Below, piece by piece: positions 18,693-28,811 of a DNA stretch of 64,000 nt. The stretch covers positions 128,326 through 192,325 of the forward strand of contig JACOUO010000011.1 of NCBI GenBank assembly GCA_016177845.1, written 5' to 3'. Under the pieces are notes generated by a model that made no database searches, was not told the origin of the DNA, and was given only the letters and a program-made list of their open reading frames with translations. Position numbers and translations under genes: made by a program. The stretch comes from Deltaproteobacteria bacterium. Lineage in GTDB: Bacteria > Desulfobacterota > GWC2-55-46. How positions within the stretch are numbered: position 1 is the stretch's first letter; each line of letters starts with the position of its first letter.

Positions 18693-19419
18693 AGATTGTA
18701 TCTCCCGGTTTAAGCACCAAGTTCCTGTCGGTTTTGCTGTCAGTGTCGATTATGTCATCGAAGCGCACGCTTATGCGCTCAGGCTTTGCGGATTTATCCA
18801 ACTTCTCCCTGATAAGTATCAGTTTGTTTTTGGATGCGAACGGGTTGAACCCGCCTGCCAGCGCGATTGCCTGTAGAAGGGTTGTCTTTCTCATCACTGT
18901 ATATGAACCGGGATTTATGACCTCTCCGAGGACATAGATCCTGTAGCTTTTTACTTCCTGTACTATTACCGAAGCCACTACAGTTTCCTGGTATTCCTTT
19001 AGACTCTCGATAATTGAATCACGGAGTTGCGAAGGGGTAAGCCCGGCTGCTTTCATGTCTCCGACAAGCGGAAGCGATATCATGCCGTCAGGGCGCACCA
19101 CGACGGTCTTTGACAATTCGGCATTCCTCCATACGGAGATCTCAAGCACATCTTCTATGCCGATAAGATATTCCGGGTCCTGCGCGACTGCTGCGGTTTT
19201 AGTGGCGGGCTTATCTGCGGTAGCTTCCTGCGCCGTAGAGGTTTTCTGGACGATTTTTTCAGCCGCCGCGTTCTTTACTGCGGCGTCTTTTTTAAGTGTC
19301 TTATCCGATGCTGTTGAGGGCTGCGGAATTAAAATGCCAAGTCCAAACAGAAAAAGTGCGGCTGCCAAAACACCTTTGAAACCCTGCGATTCTCTCATTA
19401 TCCCGTCCTCCATACTCAA
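18682..19419 (-). CDS. Short OPX/Wza-type polysaccharide export protein (exact start uncertain)
   Basis: YLIGIEDVLEISVW, VRPDGMISLPLVG, VLGEV..PG, one SLBB repeat; ends LKPGDTIFVP with no OM helix and no lipobox. Confidence 0.88.
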   Translation of the reverse strand: MSMEDGIMRESQGFKGVLAAALFLFGLGILIPQPSTASDKTLKKDAAVKNAAAEKIVQKTSTAQEATADKPATKTAAVAQDPEYLIGIEDVLEISVWRNAELSKTVVVRPDGMISLPLVGDMKAAGLTPSQLRDSIIESLKEYQETVVASVIVQEVKSYRIYVLGEVINPGSYTVMRKTTLLQAIALAGGFNPFASKNKLILIREKLDKSAKPERISVRFDDIIDTDSKTDRNLVLKPGDTIFVP

Positions 19420-19430
19420 AGCTGATTTTT

Positions 19431-19778
19431 TTAGAGAAGCCTGAGCCCGGCTGAGACTATAGACCTCGAAACTTTTTTAGCCCACACGGCGCGGGCTGAC
19501 CTTTCCATATTGAGCGACTCTATGCATACCTTAAAGATCGTATCGACATCTATTGAGCTTCCGCTGTAGATAATGCCTGCGCCTTCTTCAGAGAAATCCG
19601 TAGTCTTTGCCTTTACCTCAGAGCCTTCTATGTAGAACTTAAGTTCAAGCTCCTTGCGTACCCTGCTTTTATTCCTTCTTTCGGAAAAAATATATCCGCA
19701 GTGAGGGCAGATGATGCGGCCCTCAGCAAAGGAGATGTAGAAAGCTTTATAGCAGGCAGGGCAGATTCTAAGTCGCAT
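19431..19778 (-). CDS. Zinc-ribbon + PilZ domain protein (start re-assigned to MRLRIC)
   Basis: CPAC...CPHC, then RRNKSR (RxxxR) and DFSEEG (D/NxSxxG). Confidence 0.75.
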   Translation of the reverse strand: MRLRICPACYKAFYISFAEGRIICPHCGYIFSERRNKSRVRKELELKFYIEGSEVKAKTTDFSEEGAGIIYSGSSIDVDTIFKVCIESLNMERSARAVWAKKVSRSIVSAGLRLL

Positions 19779-19962
19779 TCTTCTTGCCGATTGTTTGATT
19801 TGGTTTCTGCTGTTAGCGTTCAATTCGCGCGCTTCATATTATTTAAGGATAGCCGTACTTGAGAGTAAGGCAATCCATCGAAAGAATATTAATTGCGCAA
19901 AAAGTATTACGCCTGAATCTAATGCCAAGGCTTACGGGGGTTAGTAGGAAAGTATTAAAACT

Positions 19963-20006
19963 CCGCACCTATGCGGACAGACTGGCGCCTGTACGCATAG
20001 GTGCGG
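19963..20006 (-). terminator. Long hairpin after gspF, probable intrinsic terminator
   Basis: 18-bp arms CCGCACCTATGCG(G/T)ACAG with 1 mismatch, 8-nt loop, followed by AGTTTTAA on the minus strand. Confidence 0.6.
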
Positions 20007-20024
20007 TTTGGAACTGAAGATTGT

Positions 20025-21230
20025 TCAGCGTATTATCTGGTTCAGCTGGAAGATGGGGAGCAGTATCGAGAGCACTATAAAGCCAACTACAAGGCCCATA
20101 GCGAGTATCATAAGAGGCTCAAGGAGGTTTAAGGTTTTCTTTACCCCTGTCTCGAACTGGTTTTCATAGACATCGGCTGTTTTAAGGAGCATCTCATCGA
20201 GATTGCCCCCTTTTTCACCGACGCTTATCATGTGGACGACAATAGCAGGTATTGTCTTGTGTTTTTTAAGGCTGGTTGAAAGGGATGAGCCGCCTGTACA
20301 GTCATTGCAGGCATTATCAAGTATCGCATCGAATACTGAATTATTAAGCACATCTTTGGTTATCTCAAGCGCTTTTAATACTTGTACTCCGCCTTTGAGC
20401 AGGCTTCCAAGGGTGCGTGCGAAATTCGATATGTAAAAATCAAGGACAAGGCTTCCGAACCAGGGTATTTTTAAAAGCCACTTATCCTTAAGCGATTTGC
20501 CCTTTTCGGTTTTTATGTATCTGAAACCGAGCCAGACACCTGCTGCCGTCAGTATTATGAAGACAGGCCAGTACGAGCGCATCATATCAGTAAACCAAAT
20601 CAACACCTGCGTAATGAGGGGCAGGGCGTTCTGAGTTTCCTCGAACATGCGCGTTATTTTAGGTATTACGAATATGAACAGGAATGAGAGCACTCCGATT
20701 CCGACAAGGCTCATGAGTATCGGGTAGGTGAGGGCGGCTTTTACATCGTTTAATATCTTTGCCCTTGCCTCAAGATAATCCGCAAGCCTCGGAAGCACTT
20801 TATCGAGCGAGCCGCTTGCCTCACCGGCAGTCACCAAACCCCTGTAAAACGGTGAGAACACCGTAGGGTGAGCCTCAAGGGCGCGGGCGAATGAGCTGCC
20901 TTCCACTACAGTCTCCCTTACTTTCTGGAGCACGGCCTTAAGCTTTTCATTGGAAGTATTTTCACAGAGCACAGTGAGGGCTTCACTTAAGTTTGTGCCT
21001 GTTGAAAGCAGAGTTGCGAGCTGGCGCGTGGTGAGGGCGAGCATTTGAGCGGTAATGCCCTTTTTAAGCCCGAATTGTTTTCCTTTAGCCCCTTCCGTTT
21101 CTTTTATCTCAGCCGGAAAGAGGCCGGTATTTTTTATCTGCTGGGCGGCATCTTTCAGTCCGCTTGCTTCAAGGCTTCCGGCAATGGTCTTGCCGATGCT
21201 GTCGTATGCTTTATATCTGAATGTAGGCAT
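20025..21230 (-). CDS. gspF: Type II secretion inner-membrane protein F
   Basis: MPTFRYKA, TRQLATLL, AGEASGSL, ALTYP, GEKGGNLDEML. Confidence 0.93.
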   Translation of the reverse strand: MPTFRYKAYDSIGKTIAGSLEASGLKDAAQQIKNTGLFPAEIKETEGAKGKQFGLKKGITAQMLALTTRQLATLLSTGTNLSEALTVLCENTSNEKLKAVLQKVRETVVEGSSFARALEAHPTVFSPFYRGLVTAGEASGSLDKVLPRLADYLEARAKILNDVKAALTYPILMSLVGIGVLSFLFIFVIPKITRMFEETQNALPLITQVLIWFTDMMRSYWPVFIILTAAGVWLGFRYIKTEKGKSLKDKWLLKIPWFGSLVLDFYISNFARTLGSLLKGGVQVLKALEITKDVLNNSVFDAILDNACNDCTGGSSLSTSLKKHKTIPAIVVHMISVGEKGGNLDEMLLKTADVYENQFETGVKKTLNLLEPLMILAMGLVVGFIVLSILLPIFQLNQIIR

Positions 21231-21245
21231 TTTATGTTTACTGTC

Positions 21246-22796
21246 CTATTCGCACTCGTCCTTTGTGACCCTAAGGACCTCCTCAAGGCTTGTTATGCCG
21301 CATGCGGCCTTTTCAATGCCGTCTTCCATCATCGTCTTCATGCCTCTTGTAGCGGCGTATTTCTTGATCGTATCAGCATCCTGATTTTTCAGGATAAGAG
21401 GACGCATCTCTGTTCCGGGAATAAGGAACTCAAAAATGCCGGTCCTTCCGTGATAACCCGTCTTAAAGCACTTTTCACACCCCTGTGCCTTCCAGAGCAA
21501 TGGGGGAGGGGTCTTGAACTGTCTGGTTTCTTCATCCGTTGGCGTATACGGGGCCTTGCAATGCGGGCATAGCACCCTTACAAGCCTCTGCGCCAATACC
21601 CCTGACAGGGAGGACGCCACAAGGAACGGCTCTATTCCCATATCAACAAGCCTTGTTACGGCTGATGCTGTGTCGTTCGTATGCAGGGTAGAGAGCACAA
21701 GGTGGCCCGTCAAAGACGCCTGTATGGCTATCTCTGCTGTCTCCCTGTCCCTTATCTCGCCTATCATAATCACATCGGGGTCCTGCCTGAGGATGGAACG
21801 CAGGCCATTGGCAAATGTAAGCCCGATCTTCGGGTTCACATGCACCTGGCCGATACCCTTAAGCTGATATTCCACAGGGTCTTCGACCGTGATGATATTT
21901 CTTCTGGTGGAGTTTATGCTGCTGATGGCTGAATATAATGTGGTAGTCTTACCTGAACCGGTAGGCCCTGTTACAAGTATTATGCCGTTATTCCTGGTCA
22001 GAAGCCCTTCAAAGGCCGCCACCTGTTCAGGATTAAGGCCGATTGAATCAAGCGCGATTATCTCGCTCTTTCTGTCAAGGAGCCTTAGGACTATCCTCTC
22101 GCCGTAAGAAGTGGGGATAATGGATACTCTTACATAGATATCTTTTCCTGCTACAAGGAGCCTGATTTTACCGTCCTGCGGCAGTCTCTTCTCCGCTATG
22201 TCAAGGCCTGAGATAATCTTGACCCTGCTGACAAGCGCATCCTGAATATTTTTAGGGGGCGTAAGCACAGGGTAAAGAACTCCATCGACCCTGAACCTGA
22301 CCTCCACCTCTTTTTCATAAGGTTCGATGTGGATATCGCTCGCCCTGTCCTTTACTGCCTGGAACAGGAGAGAGTTTAAAAGCCTGATTATCGGGGCTTC
22401 ATCAGCCAGGTCAATGAGGTCTTTCGGCTCTTCCCATACATTGGAAAGTATCTCAAGGCTTTCTTCGTTAAGCCCGTCTATGACCTCCTGCGCTGAGCCC
22501 GAGAGCCTGTCAAAGAACCTGTTGATGGCATTGAGTATCTGCGCTTCATCTGTAAATACAGGTTTTACAGGTATGCCGATAATCCTCTCCAGTTCATTCA
22601 GCGCGAATATCCCCTTATGGTCAGCCAGCGCCACAAGGAGATGGCCGTCCTTTTTCTTAAGGGGCATTATCAGGTTCTTTTTTACGAATGTGAGGGATAC
22701 TTTCTCTAAAATCGAGGTGTCAACATATTCGTCCTTGATCTCCTTCATCCTGTGAAAGCCGCTCTTTGGCATGGTTTCAAATACTTCAGGTTCCAT
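21246..22796 (-). CDS. gspE: Type II secretion ATPase E
   Basis: ASDIHIEP, GPTGSGKTT, TVEDPVE, LRQDPDVIMIGEIRD, CPHC..CEKC. Confidence 0.94.
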   Translation of the reverse strand: MEPEVFETMPKSGFHRMKEIKDEYVDTSILEKVSLTFVKKNLIMPLKKKDGHLLVALADHKGIFALNELERIIGIPVKPVFTDEAQILNAINRFFDRLSGSAQEVIDGLNEESLEILSNVWEEPKDLIDLADEAPIIRLLNSLLFQAVKDRASDIHIEPYEKEVEVRFRVDGVLYPVLTPPKNIQDALVSRVKIISGLDIAEKRLPQDGKIRLLVAGKDIYVRVSIIPTSYGERIVLRLLDRKSEIIALDSIGLNPEQVAAFEGLLTRNNGIILVTGPTGSGKTTTLYSAISSINSTRRNIITVEDPVEYQLKGIGQVHVNPKIGLTFANGLRSILRQDPDVIMIGEIRDRETAEIAIQASLTGHLVLSTLHTNDTASAVTRLVDMGIEPFLVASSLSGVLAQRLVRVLCPHCKAPYTPTDEETRQFKTPPPLLWKAQGCEKCFKTGYHGRTGIFEFLIPGTEMRPLILKNQDADTIKKYAATRGMKTMMEDGIEKAACGITSLEEVLRVTKDECE

Positions 22797-22800
22797 CTGC

Positions 22801-24780
22801 TTATTTCTCCTTGCCCCCTTTTTTATCTTCCTTGCTTTCAGGGGGTACTACTTTGAGGCTCTGCCTGTTGAACTCGTCTTCTTTTCTTTTCCTGAGGTCT
22901 TCCAGGCCCGTGAAGTCTTCTACGATATATGGCGTAATAAAGACCAGAAGGTTTGTCTTCTGGCTCTGATTCCTGTTTGATTTAAAGAGCCACCCGAAAA
23001 ACGGCAGGTCTCCGAGGAACGGGACCTTGGTGGTGTTGTTCGTCTTCCTGTCCTGAATGAGCCCGCCGATAACTACAGTCTGATTATTCATGACCACTAC
23101 ATTCGTCTTTGCCGAGCGTTTTGTAGTGATGATGTCGGAAGCCCCTGCTGTCCTCGTAGGGGATACTGCCGATATCTCCTGATATATGTCGAGCTTCACA
23201 AAATTCCCTTCGCTTATCTTTGGCCTTATCTTAAGCCTTATGCCGACATCCTGCCTTTCAATGGACTGAAGAAGGGGCTGCGTTGTGGTCGTTGTCTGCC
23301 TTTCGATGCTGCTTAGGAACGGGACATTTTCTCCAACCATTATCTCGGCATCGGAGTTGTCGCTCGTAAGTATGTGGGGGGTAGAAAGAACATTTACGAC
23401 ATCCCTGAAATCCGAAAGCGAGAATAATGCGGCAAAGCCAGGAGCGGTTAAATTAAAAGATGTACCGTCAGGCCTTGTCACGGGAACCGTAAGGAAGTTG
23501 CCAAGCCCTCCGATTGTAAATCCGGCAAGCCCTGTCAATACATTCTGAATTGTTGAAACATCCACTGAGCCGACCCCGCCGATTACAACAGGCTTTCCGC
23601 CCTGTTCAGCGGCAAGCCTGAATTTTGTGCCAAGCTCTATAGCCTTGTCAACAGTCACTTCCGTTATCATGGTCTCTACAAAAACCTGCTTTGGCCTCCT
23701 GTCGAGCCTCTGAATCACCAAAACAAGGTTCTGGTAATCGGCAGGCGACGCCATTATGATAAGGGAATTTGTGGCCCTGTCAGGGGTGATGCTTATCCTT
23801 CCGGACAGCTCCTGTGTGATTGCGGCAGGCACTCCCGCGGCTGCGGCCTGCGATGCGGCTCCTCCCGGCTTTGTAAGGGTATCAAGGACTTTAGCAAGCT
23901 CTGTTGCGTCAGCGTTTTCCAGATAATAGACATTTATGCGGCTGCTCGCTTCGGGAGGGGCGACATCCAGAAGTTCGATAAAGCTCCTGTAGAATTCCCT
24001 GTCAGTCAGTGAATCAGCCAGTATAATCGCATTGAGCCTTGGGTCGGCGATAATCTGGCTCTCCCCGTTAGGCGCTCCTTCAGCGCCCCTGCGGAATCCT
24101 CCCGTCCTTCTCAGCTCTTCTCTTCTCAGTATCTGCGCCACAACCTCAGCCTGAGCGTACTTCAGATATACTATTTCAGGCTCTTTGGAGGCTTGAGGCT
24201 TATCGACTGAATCCAGTATCTTAAGAATTTTATCAATATTCTGAGCTGTATCCACTACAAGAAGGGCGTTTCTCGACCCGAATGCCGAGACCTGGCCGTT
24301 CCTTGAGATAAGCGGCTGCACGACCGGGAATGCCTCCTGCGCGGAGATATTATTAAGCGGTATCAGCCGTACTATGTACTCATCAGCCTTTGCGCGGTCA
24401 ATATCCCTTAGCACCCTTGTGCCGCTCTGCTTTGCCATTGACGACGGAATTATCTTATACGCCGCGCCGCTTGGTATCAGGGCAAAGCCCTTAAGCTCAA
24501 GCGCGGAGATAAAAAGGCTTAAGGCCTCGTCGCTTGTAAGCTTTGCCGGGGCTATTATGGTAATCTTGCCCCGTACGGTATCATCGTAGATGAAATTCCT
24601 GCCCGTGATCTCGCTCATTATCCTCACGAGAGAGGATATCTCCACATCCACGAAGTTCAGCGTTATCTTTTCCGCTGTCCTTTTGGATTGGCTTTTTGAA
24701 GGCGCTCTTTGGGCGGATGCCTGCACTGCCAGAAAGAGGATTACAAGGAAAAATATAAAGGCATGGGCTCGTTTACTCAT
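22801..24780 (-). CDS. gspD: Type II secretion secretin D (start re-assigned to MSKRAH)
   Basis: Signal peptide, ITLNFVDVEI, N-domain repeats, LDRRPKQVFVE, IGGLI, KVPFLGDLPFFGWLF. Confidence 0.93.
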   Translation of the reverse strand: MSKRAHAFIFFLVILFLAVQASAQRAPSKSQSKRTAEKITLNFVDVEISSLVRIMSEITGRNFIYDDTVRGKITIIAPAKLTSDEALSLFISALELKGFALIPSGAAYKIIPSSMAKQSGTRVLRDIDRAKADEYIVRLIPLNNISAQEAFPVVQPLISRNGQVSAFGSRNALLVVDTAQNIDKILKILDSVDKPQASKEPEIVYLKYAQAEVVAQILRREELRRTGGFRRGAEGAPNGESQIIADPRLNAIILADSLTDREFYRSFIELLDVAPPEASSRINVYYLENADATELAKVLDTLTKPGGAASQAAAAGVPAAITQELSGRISITPDRATNSLIIMASPADYQNLVLVIQRLDRRPKQVFVETMITEVTVDKAIELGTKFRLAAEQGGKPVVIGGVGSVDVSTIQNVLTGLAGFTIGGLGNFLTVPVTRPDGTSFNLTAPGFAALFSLSDFRDVVNVLSTPHILTSDNSDAEIMVGENVPFLSSIERQTTTTTQPLLQSIERQDVGIRLKIRPKISEGNFVKLDIYQEISAVSPTRTAGASDIITTKRSAKTNVVVMNNQTVVIGGLIQDRKTNNTTKVPFLGDLPFFGWLFKSNRNQSQKTNLLVFITPYIVEDFTGLEDLRKRKEDEFNRQSLKVVPPESKEDKKGGKEK

Positions 24781-24895
24781 GTTCCTATCTTCCGTTGCAA
24801 TCGTGATGGTTAGAACAGATTTTATAAGAACCGGTAAAGTGAAGGCGACTGGAGCGGCGTAAAACTCACCATGCGGATATGATCTACAAAGTAAT

Positions 24896-24904
24896 ATTAT
24901 AACA
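24896..24904 (-). promoter_or_regulatory. Extended -10 promoter between gspC and gspD
   Basis: Minus strand TGtTATAAT within a 150-nt gap. Confidence 0.4.
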
Positions 24905-24932
24905 TACAATTTCTGAAACGCTGGTGCCATGA

Positions 24933-25811
24933 CTACCTGATCTGATAATGGAAGCTCAATTTCTGCCCGCTTCGGACGATATCGAGGTCAACGGAGGTCT
25001 CTCCCTTCAGGCCTGAGAGAACCTGTATAGCCTTTTCAGGCGAGTTGATATCGTAGCCGTTGATGCGTGTAAGGATATCTCCGTTCTTAAGCCCGATGGA
25101 GTCGAAGATGCTTTTTTGTTTTATTTCCGTTACCATGAAGCCGCCTATGACTCCCTTCGACATCCTCGGGGTAAGCCGCGCATCTGTAAGTATCTGTCCC
25201 ATATTGTCGAGTGAATTAAGTACGGCCTTCCTGTCTATGAGCCACTCGTTTTCCGTTATTTTTTTTGAGTGCCCTGATTCAGGAGTTACGGATGATTCCG
25301 TGTCATGGCTCATCGGTATTCCCAGAGGGTCTTTTTTCAGTATCGTGAAAGTCACCTCCTTTGCTCCTACAGATATGACAGCGTCTTCGGTGCCGACTCT
25401 CTTAAGCGTACCGGCATCAAAAACGGTTTCACCTGTTTTGAATACCTCCTGTTTTCCTCCGCTTGTTTTTTCGAATACGGCGAAGTTCCCCCTGCCTCCG
25501 GCAAAAGTCCCGATGAGCTTCAGCTCGCTCAGAACAGAGGGGAGGTCAACTCCCTGCTTCAGTTCACTGCCTGCCTCTACAAGCTCTATCTGAGTAAGTT
25601 TGGCTGAGGTTGACGGGAAAACCGAGCTTTCAACGATGCGGGCATATTCCTGCAGAGCTGTCTCTAAAGGCTGCTTTGCGCCAATTGAGGCGATGGCAGG
25701 TATTTTAGCGGGGCTGTGGGCATAGATAAGGTAATCCCTTGCGAGGAGCGCTGATAAAGGGAATACCGCGAGTATAAGCGCGATATTGATTTTCTTTAGT
25801 TTAGTAACCAT
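24933..25811 (-). CDS. gspC: Type II secretion protein C with C-terminal PDZ domain
   Basis: N-terminal TM, LKLIGTFAG HR domain, GLKNGDILTRING PDZ; position before gspD. Confidence 0.85.
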   Translation of the reverse strand: MVTKLKKINIALILAVFPLSALLARDYLIYAHSPAKIPAIASIGAKQPLETALQEYARIVESSVFPSTSAKLTQIELVEAGSELKQGVDLPSVLSELKLIGTFAGGRGNFAVFEKTSGGKQEVFKTGETVFDAGTLKRVGTEDAVISVGAKEVTFTILKKDPLGIPMSHDTESSVTPESGHSKKITENEWLIDRKAVLNSLDNMGQILTDARLTPRMSKGVIGGFMVTEIKQKSIFDSIGLKNGDILTRINGYDINSPEKAIQVLSGLKGETSVDLDIVRSGQKLSFHYQIR

Positions 25812-25881
25812 CCTGATGATGTGAGGAGGTGTCCGGTGAGCGACCGGCCCTGATTGGAAGGTTTTTAAAAAATAGCCTGAG

Positions 25882-26523
25882 TCAGATCTTTTTTCTGTTG
25901 TAAAGAGAGTTTTTTACGGCATTGTCTTTTATTGAAAAAGTAATAAGCTGTGACCTTGTCTTGATGTTGAGCTTTTTAAATACCCTGTGCAGATGCGTCT
26001 TGACGGTCAGTTCGCTTATCTCAAGCTTCTGTGCTATCTCTTTATTCCTCAGGCCCTTTCCGGCCAGGGCTACAATCTCTCTTTCCTTCTCGGACAGGAC
26101 CTCAGCCTTATCCTTTCTAAGGTTGTTTATACCGTAGAGGAGGTCCTTGACAGTGTTCCTGTCAATCCAGACCTCTCCTTTTGCGACAGACCTGATCGCT
26201 TTTTTCAGAACAGGCACAGTCGCGTTGCTCATAAGCACGCCGCTTAAGTTTTTTGAAACTATGGCGGACATTATGTTCTCTCTGCCGCAGTCAGTATCGA
26301 AAAGGATAAAGCCGTATTTTTTAGAGGCTTCCAGATTTGGAAAATTATTATAGAGGGCGGTGAAGTCAGTGAGAATAACATCAGAGGATTCGAAAAGGTC
26401 AGGCGGGTATTCCGTGCCCGCTTCAGTGAGGGAGATTGCGAAACTGTCATCGTCTTCCAGCAGCCTGGCTATGCCTTCGGAAAAAAGCAGATTACTGAAT
26501 GCGACTGTAACTTTTATGTCCAT
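25882..26523 (-). CDS. LuxR-family regulator with atypical receiver domain (CsgD/VpsT-like)
   Basis: LSEKEREIV...G..NKEIA..L.IS..TVKTHL HTH; receiver lacks the acidic pair and the conserved Lys. Confidence 0.85.
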   Translation of the reverse strand: MDIKVTVAFSNLLFSEGIARLLEDDDSFAISLTEAGTEYPPDLFESSDVILTDFTALYNNFPNLEASKKYGFILFDTDCGRENIMSAIVSKNLSGVLMSNATVPVLKKAIRSVAKGEVWIDRNTVKDLLYGINNLRKDKAEVLSEKEREIVALAGKGLRNKEIAQKLEISELTVKTHLHRVFKKLNIKTRSQLITFSIKDNAVKNSLYNRKKI

Positions 26524-26756
26524 AGCTCCGCCTTTGTGTTAATTTTCTTTTCGACTGTTAAGGAATCAGCAGCCTGCGGCACCATCGGAAGAGCTACTTT
26601 AAATCTGTCTGAGCGTATTCACATCCCTTCTAAAAGAATTATATATGGTTTTTTGATTTTCGCCATAAGCCGTTGTAAAATTTTTTTACCGTGGCAGTTA
26701 CTTTAAATTTTAATCGATAATCTGCGTCATTTCAAGTTGAATATGCCGCCCGCCTG

Positions 26757-26785
26757 TTGCGAAGAACTCTGATTACGGATACAAT
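26757..26785 (+). promoter_or_regulatory. Sigma70-type promoter of the gspG operon (predicts a leaderless mRNA)
   Basis: TTGCGA-N17-TACAAT, ATG 7 nt after the -10 hexamer, no SD. Confidence 0.5.
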
Positions 26786-26791
26786 ATACTA

Positions 26792-27229
26792 ATGAAAAGC
26801 AAGAGAGACAAAGGTTTTACGCTGATAGAACTGATGGTGGTCATCGTAATTCTCGGCGTTCTCGCGGCGATTATCGCTCCGAAGATCATCGGGAGGACCG
26901 ATGAGGCCAAGGTAACCGAGGCCAAGGTACAGATAAAAAATTTTGAAACAGCCCTTAAACTTTACAAGCTGGACAACGGGGTCTATCCTTCTACCGAGCA
27001 GGGCCTTGACGCGCTTGTTGAGAAGCCTGCTACAGGCATAATACCCAGGAACTGGAAGGAAGGCGGATATCTGGAAAAAAAGAAAGTCCCCTCCGACCCC
27101 TGGGGAAACCCGTACACATATGTCTCTCCGGGCCTGCACGGCGATTATGATATCATCTCCTACGGCGCTGATGGCGCGCGCGGCGGTGAGGGTTTTTCTT
27201 CGGACATTGAAAGCTGGAGTATCGAATAG
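26792..27229 (+). CDS. gspG: Major pseudopilin G
   Basis: [51 protein letters not shown]. Confidence 0.96.
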   Translation: MKSKRDKGFTLIELMVVIVILGVLAAIIAPKIIGRTDEAKVTEAKVQIKNFETALKLYKLDNGVYPSTEQGLDALVEKPATGIIPRNWKEGGYLEKKKVPSDPWGNPYTYVSPGLHGDYDIISYGADGARGGEGFSSDIESWSIE

Positions 27230-27246
27230 CTCAGAACGGAAGACAA

Positions 27247-27867
27247 ATGGGTATATTCTCATCCGGCCATTATTTTGCCAAGGGCCCTCCGGGGCCGGAG
27301 CCAACCAATACGCCCTTAAGGGGTTATTATCCAGTAAGCAGCATTGCCTCCCCCGGTTTACCTGTTGCTCCTCAAAAGCAAAATGGCTTTACACTGATTG
27401 AACTTATAGCTGTCCTCGCAGTAATCGGCATCATACTTGCGCTGGTATTCCCGAGGATAACGGGTTTCGATGAGCATAATCTGAAGTCTGACTCTGAGCG
27501 CATATCAAGCCTGCTTATATATCTGAACGAAGCTTCGGCAACTAAAAAGGTCTACTACAGGGTGTGGTTTGACCTTGATAGTGACAGGCTCGATATAGAG
27601 GTTTCAAAAACAGGTCTGGAATATGAACCCGAGCCTGAGACTACATTCAGGATAATCAGGCCAAAGTCCGACCTCGAAGACATCGTTACGCCTGGGCTTG
27701 GAAGGGTAACTACAGGCAAGGCCGCACTTGTCTTTGGGCCGCTTGGCGCTTCAGAGCCTGTAGCAATACACCTTAAGGCGGATGAAAAAAAATTGACTGT
27801 ATCGTTTAATCCGTATACGGGAAAGGCTGCGGTACTTGAGGGCTACATAGATGTATTTAGAAAATAA
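27247..27867 (+). CDS. gspH: Minor pseudopilin H
   Basis: G|FTLIEL prepilin motif; gene order. Confidence 0.8.
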   Translation: MGIFSSGHYFAKGPPGPEPTNTPLRGYYPVSSIASPGLPVAPQKQNGFTLIELIAVLAVIGIILALVFPRITGFDEHNLKSDSERISSLLIYLNEASATKKVYYRVWFDLDSDRLDIEVSKTGLEYEPEPETTFRIIRPKSDLEDIVTPGLGRVTTGKAALVFGPLGASEPVAIHLKADEKKLTVSFNPYTGKAAVLEGYIDVFRK

Positions 27868-28204
27868 TGAAAAAGGCTTTACTCTCCTTGAGGTGATGAT
27901 AGGGCTTGCCATACTGGCAGGCGTCATCATTTCACTTGTCGCAAGCGTCAATTACCACATGGAAGTTTCTTCAAAGGTCACTCAGACCGTACTTGGCACA
28001 ATACTCGGCAAGGAAAAGGCTGAAGAGCTTAAGCTTATGGAAAATACAGGCGCGCTTGAAGGTGATTTCAGCCCTGAGTTCAGCCAATATTCATGGAAGC
28101 TGAGCGAGGAGAATACCGAGATACCTGGGCTTAAGCGCCGTGAGCTTAATATCATCTGGGATACGAATGGGATATCGTTCATTACTTTCAGGCAGGAAAA
28201 ATAG
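27851..28204 (+). CDS. gspI: Minor pseudopilin I
   Basis: G|FTLLEVMIGLAILA; short; gene order. Confidence 0.82.
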   Translation: MYLENNEKGFTLLEVMIGLAILAGVIISLVASVNYHMEVSSKVTQTVLGTILGKEKAEELKLMENTGALEGDFSPEFSQYSWKLSEENTEIPGLKRRELNIIWDTNGISFITFRQEK

Positions 28205-28811
28205 ATTTTTCAAATCTTCGATATTATCCCTGAATGCAGCCCAAAAGGGTTTTACGCTCATTGAAGTCCTTATCGCGGCAGCCCTCATGGCAGTACTTCT
28301 TACCGCTCTGTACGGGACATTCTTTTCAATACTTACCGGCACAAAAACCGCTCAGGAAAGCATGGATGATTATCTTGAGGCAGGCCGCTTCCTTGACAGA
28401 TTTACTTCAGATGTACACAGCGCTTACTATAAGCCCAAGGATGAGCTTACGCTCCTTAAAGGGGAGAAGACTTCCGACGGTTCGTCCCTTGTTCTCACGA
28501 TTCGCTCATACCCTTCTCCAAGGAAGGGAGAGCCGACAGGCGATTTCGCAGCCGTAAGATACTACATTGACAGGTCAGAGGGCAGACAAAGGATACTGCG
28601 GGAATCATGGAACCCGTACATAGGCGAGAAGTTCTCTGCCGGGATGACAGGGCAGATAAAGGATTTTGAGGTTAGTTTTTTTAACGGCAAGGATTGGGCA
28701 AAGGCGTGGGACACAGGCCTTGAGAACAGGATGCCTATGGCTGTAAGGGCAGCCGTAAGGCTTGAAAACGGGGAAGAGGTCTTTGCCACAGCGCGGATCA
28801 TGGCAAGATGA
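28167..28811 (+). CDS. gspJ: Minor pseudopilin J (start uncertain)
   Basis: G|FTLIEVLIA, W...WD.....P.AVR C-terminal motif. Confidence 0.82.
   Translation: MGYRSLLSGRKNRFFKSSILSLNAAQKGFTLIEVLIAAALMAVLLTALYGTFFSILTGTKTAQESMDDYLEAGRFLDRFTSDVHSAYYKPKDELTLLKGEKTSDGSSLVLTIRSYPSPRKGEPTGDFAAVRYYIDRSEGRQRILRESWNPYIGEKFSAGMTGQIKDFEVSFFNGKDWAKAWDTGLENRMPMAVRAAVRLENGEEVFATARIMAR

Noticed and set aside
385..19419. PEP-CTERM/exosortase system
   Set aside because: FemAB-like, AsnB-like and barrel genes are typical neighbours, but no exosortase or PEP-CTERM tail is in the window
22600..22796. MshEN c-di-GMP motif in GspE
   Set aside because: N-terminus lacks RLGxxL; the domain appears N-terminally shortened
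24914..24929. Sigma54 promoter before gspD (TGGCACC-AGCG-TTTCA)
   Set aside because: The conserved G of the -12 element is missing and no enhancer or IHF site was seen; an extended -10 fits better
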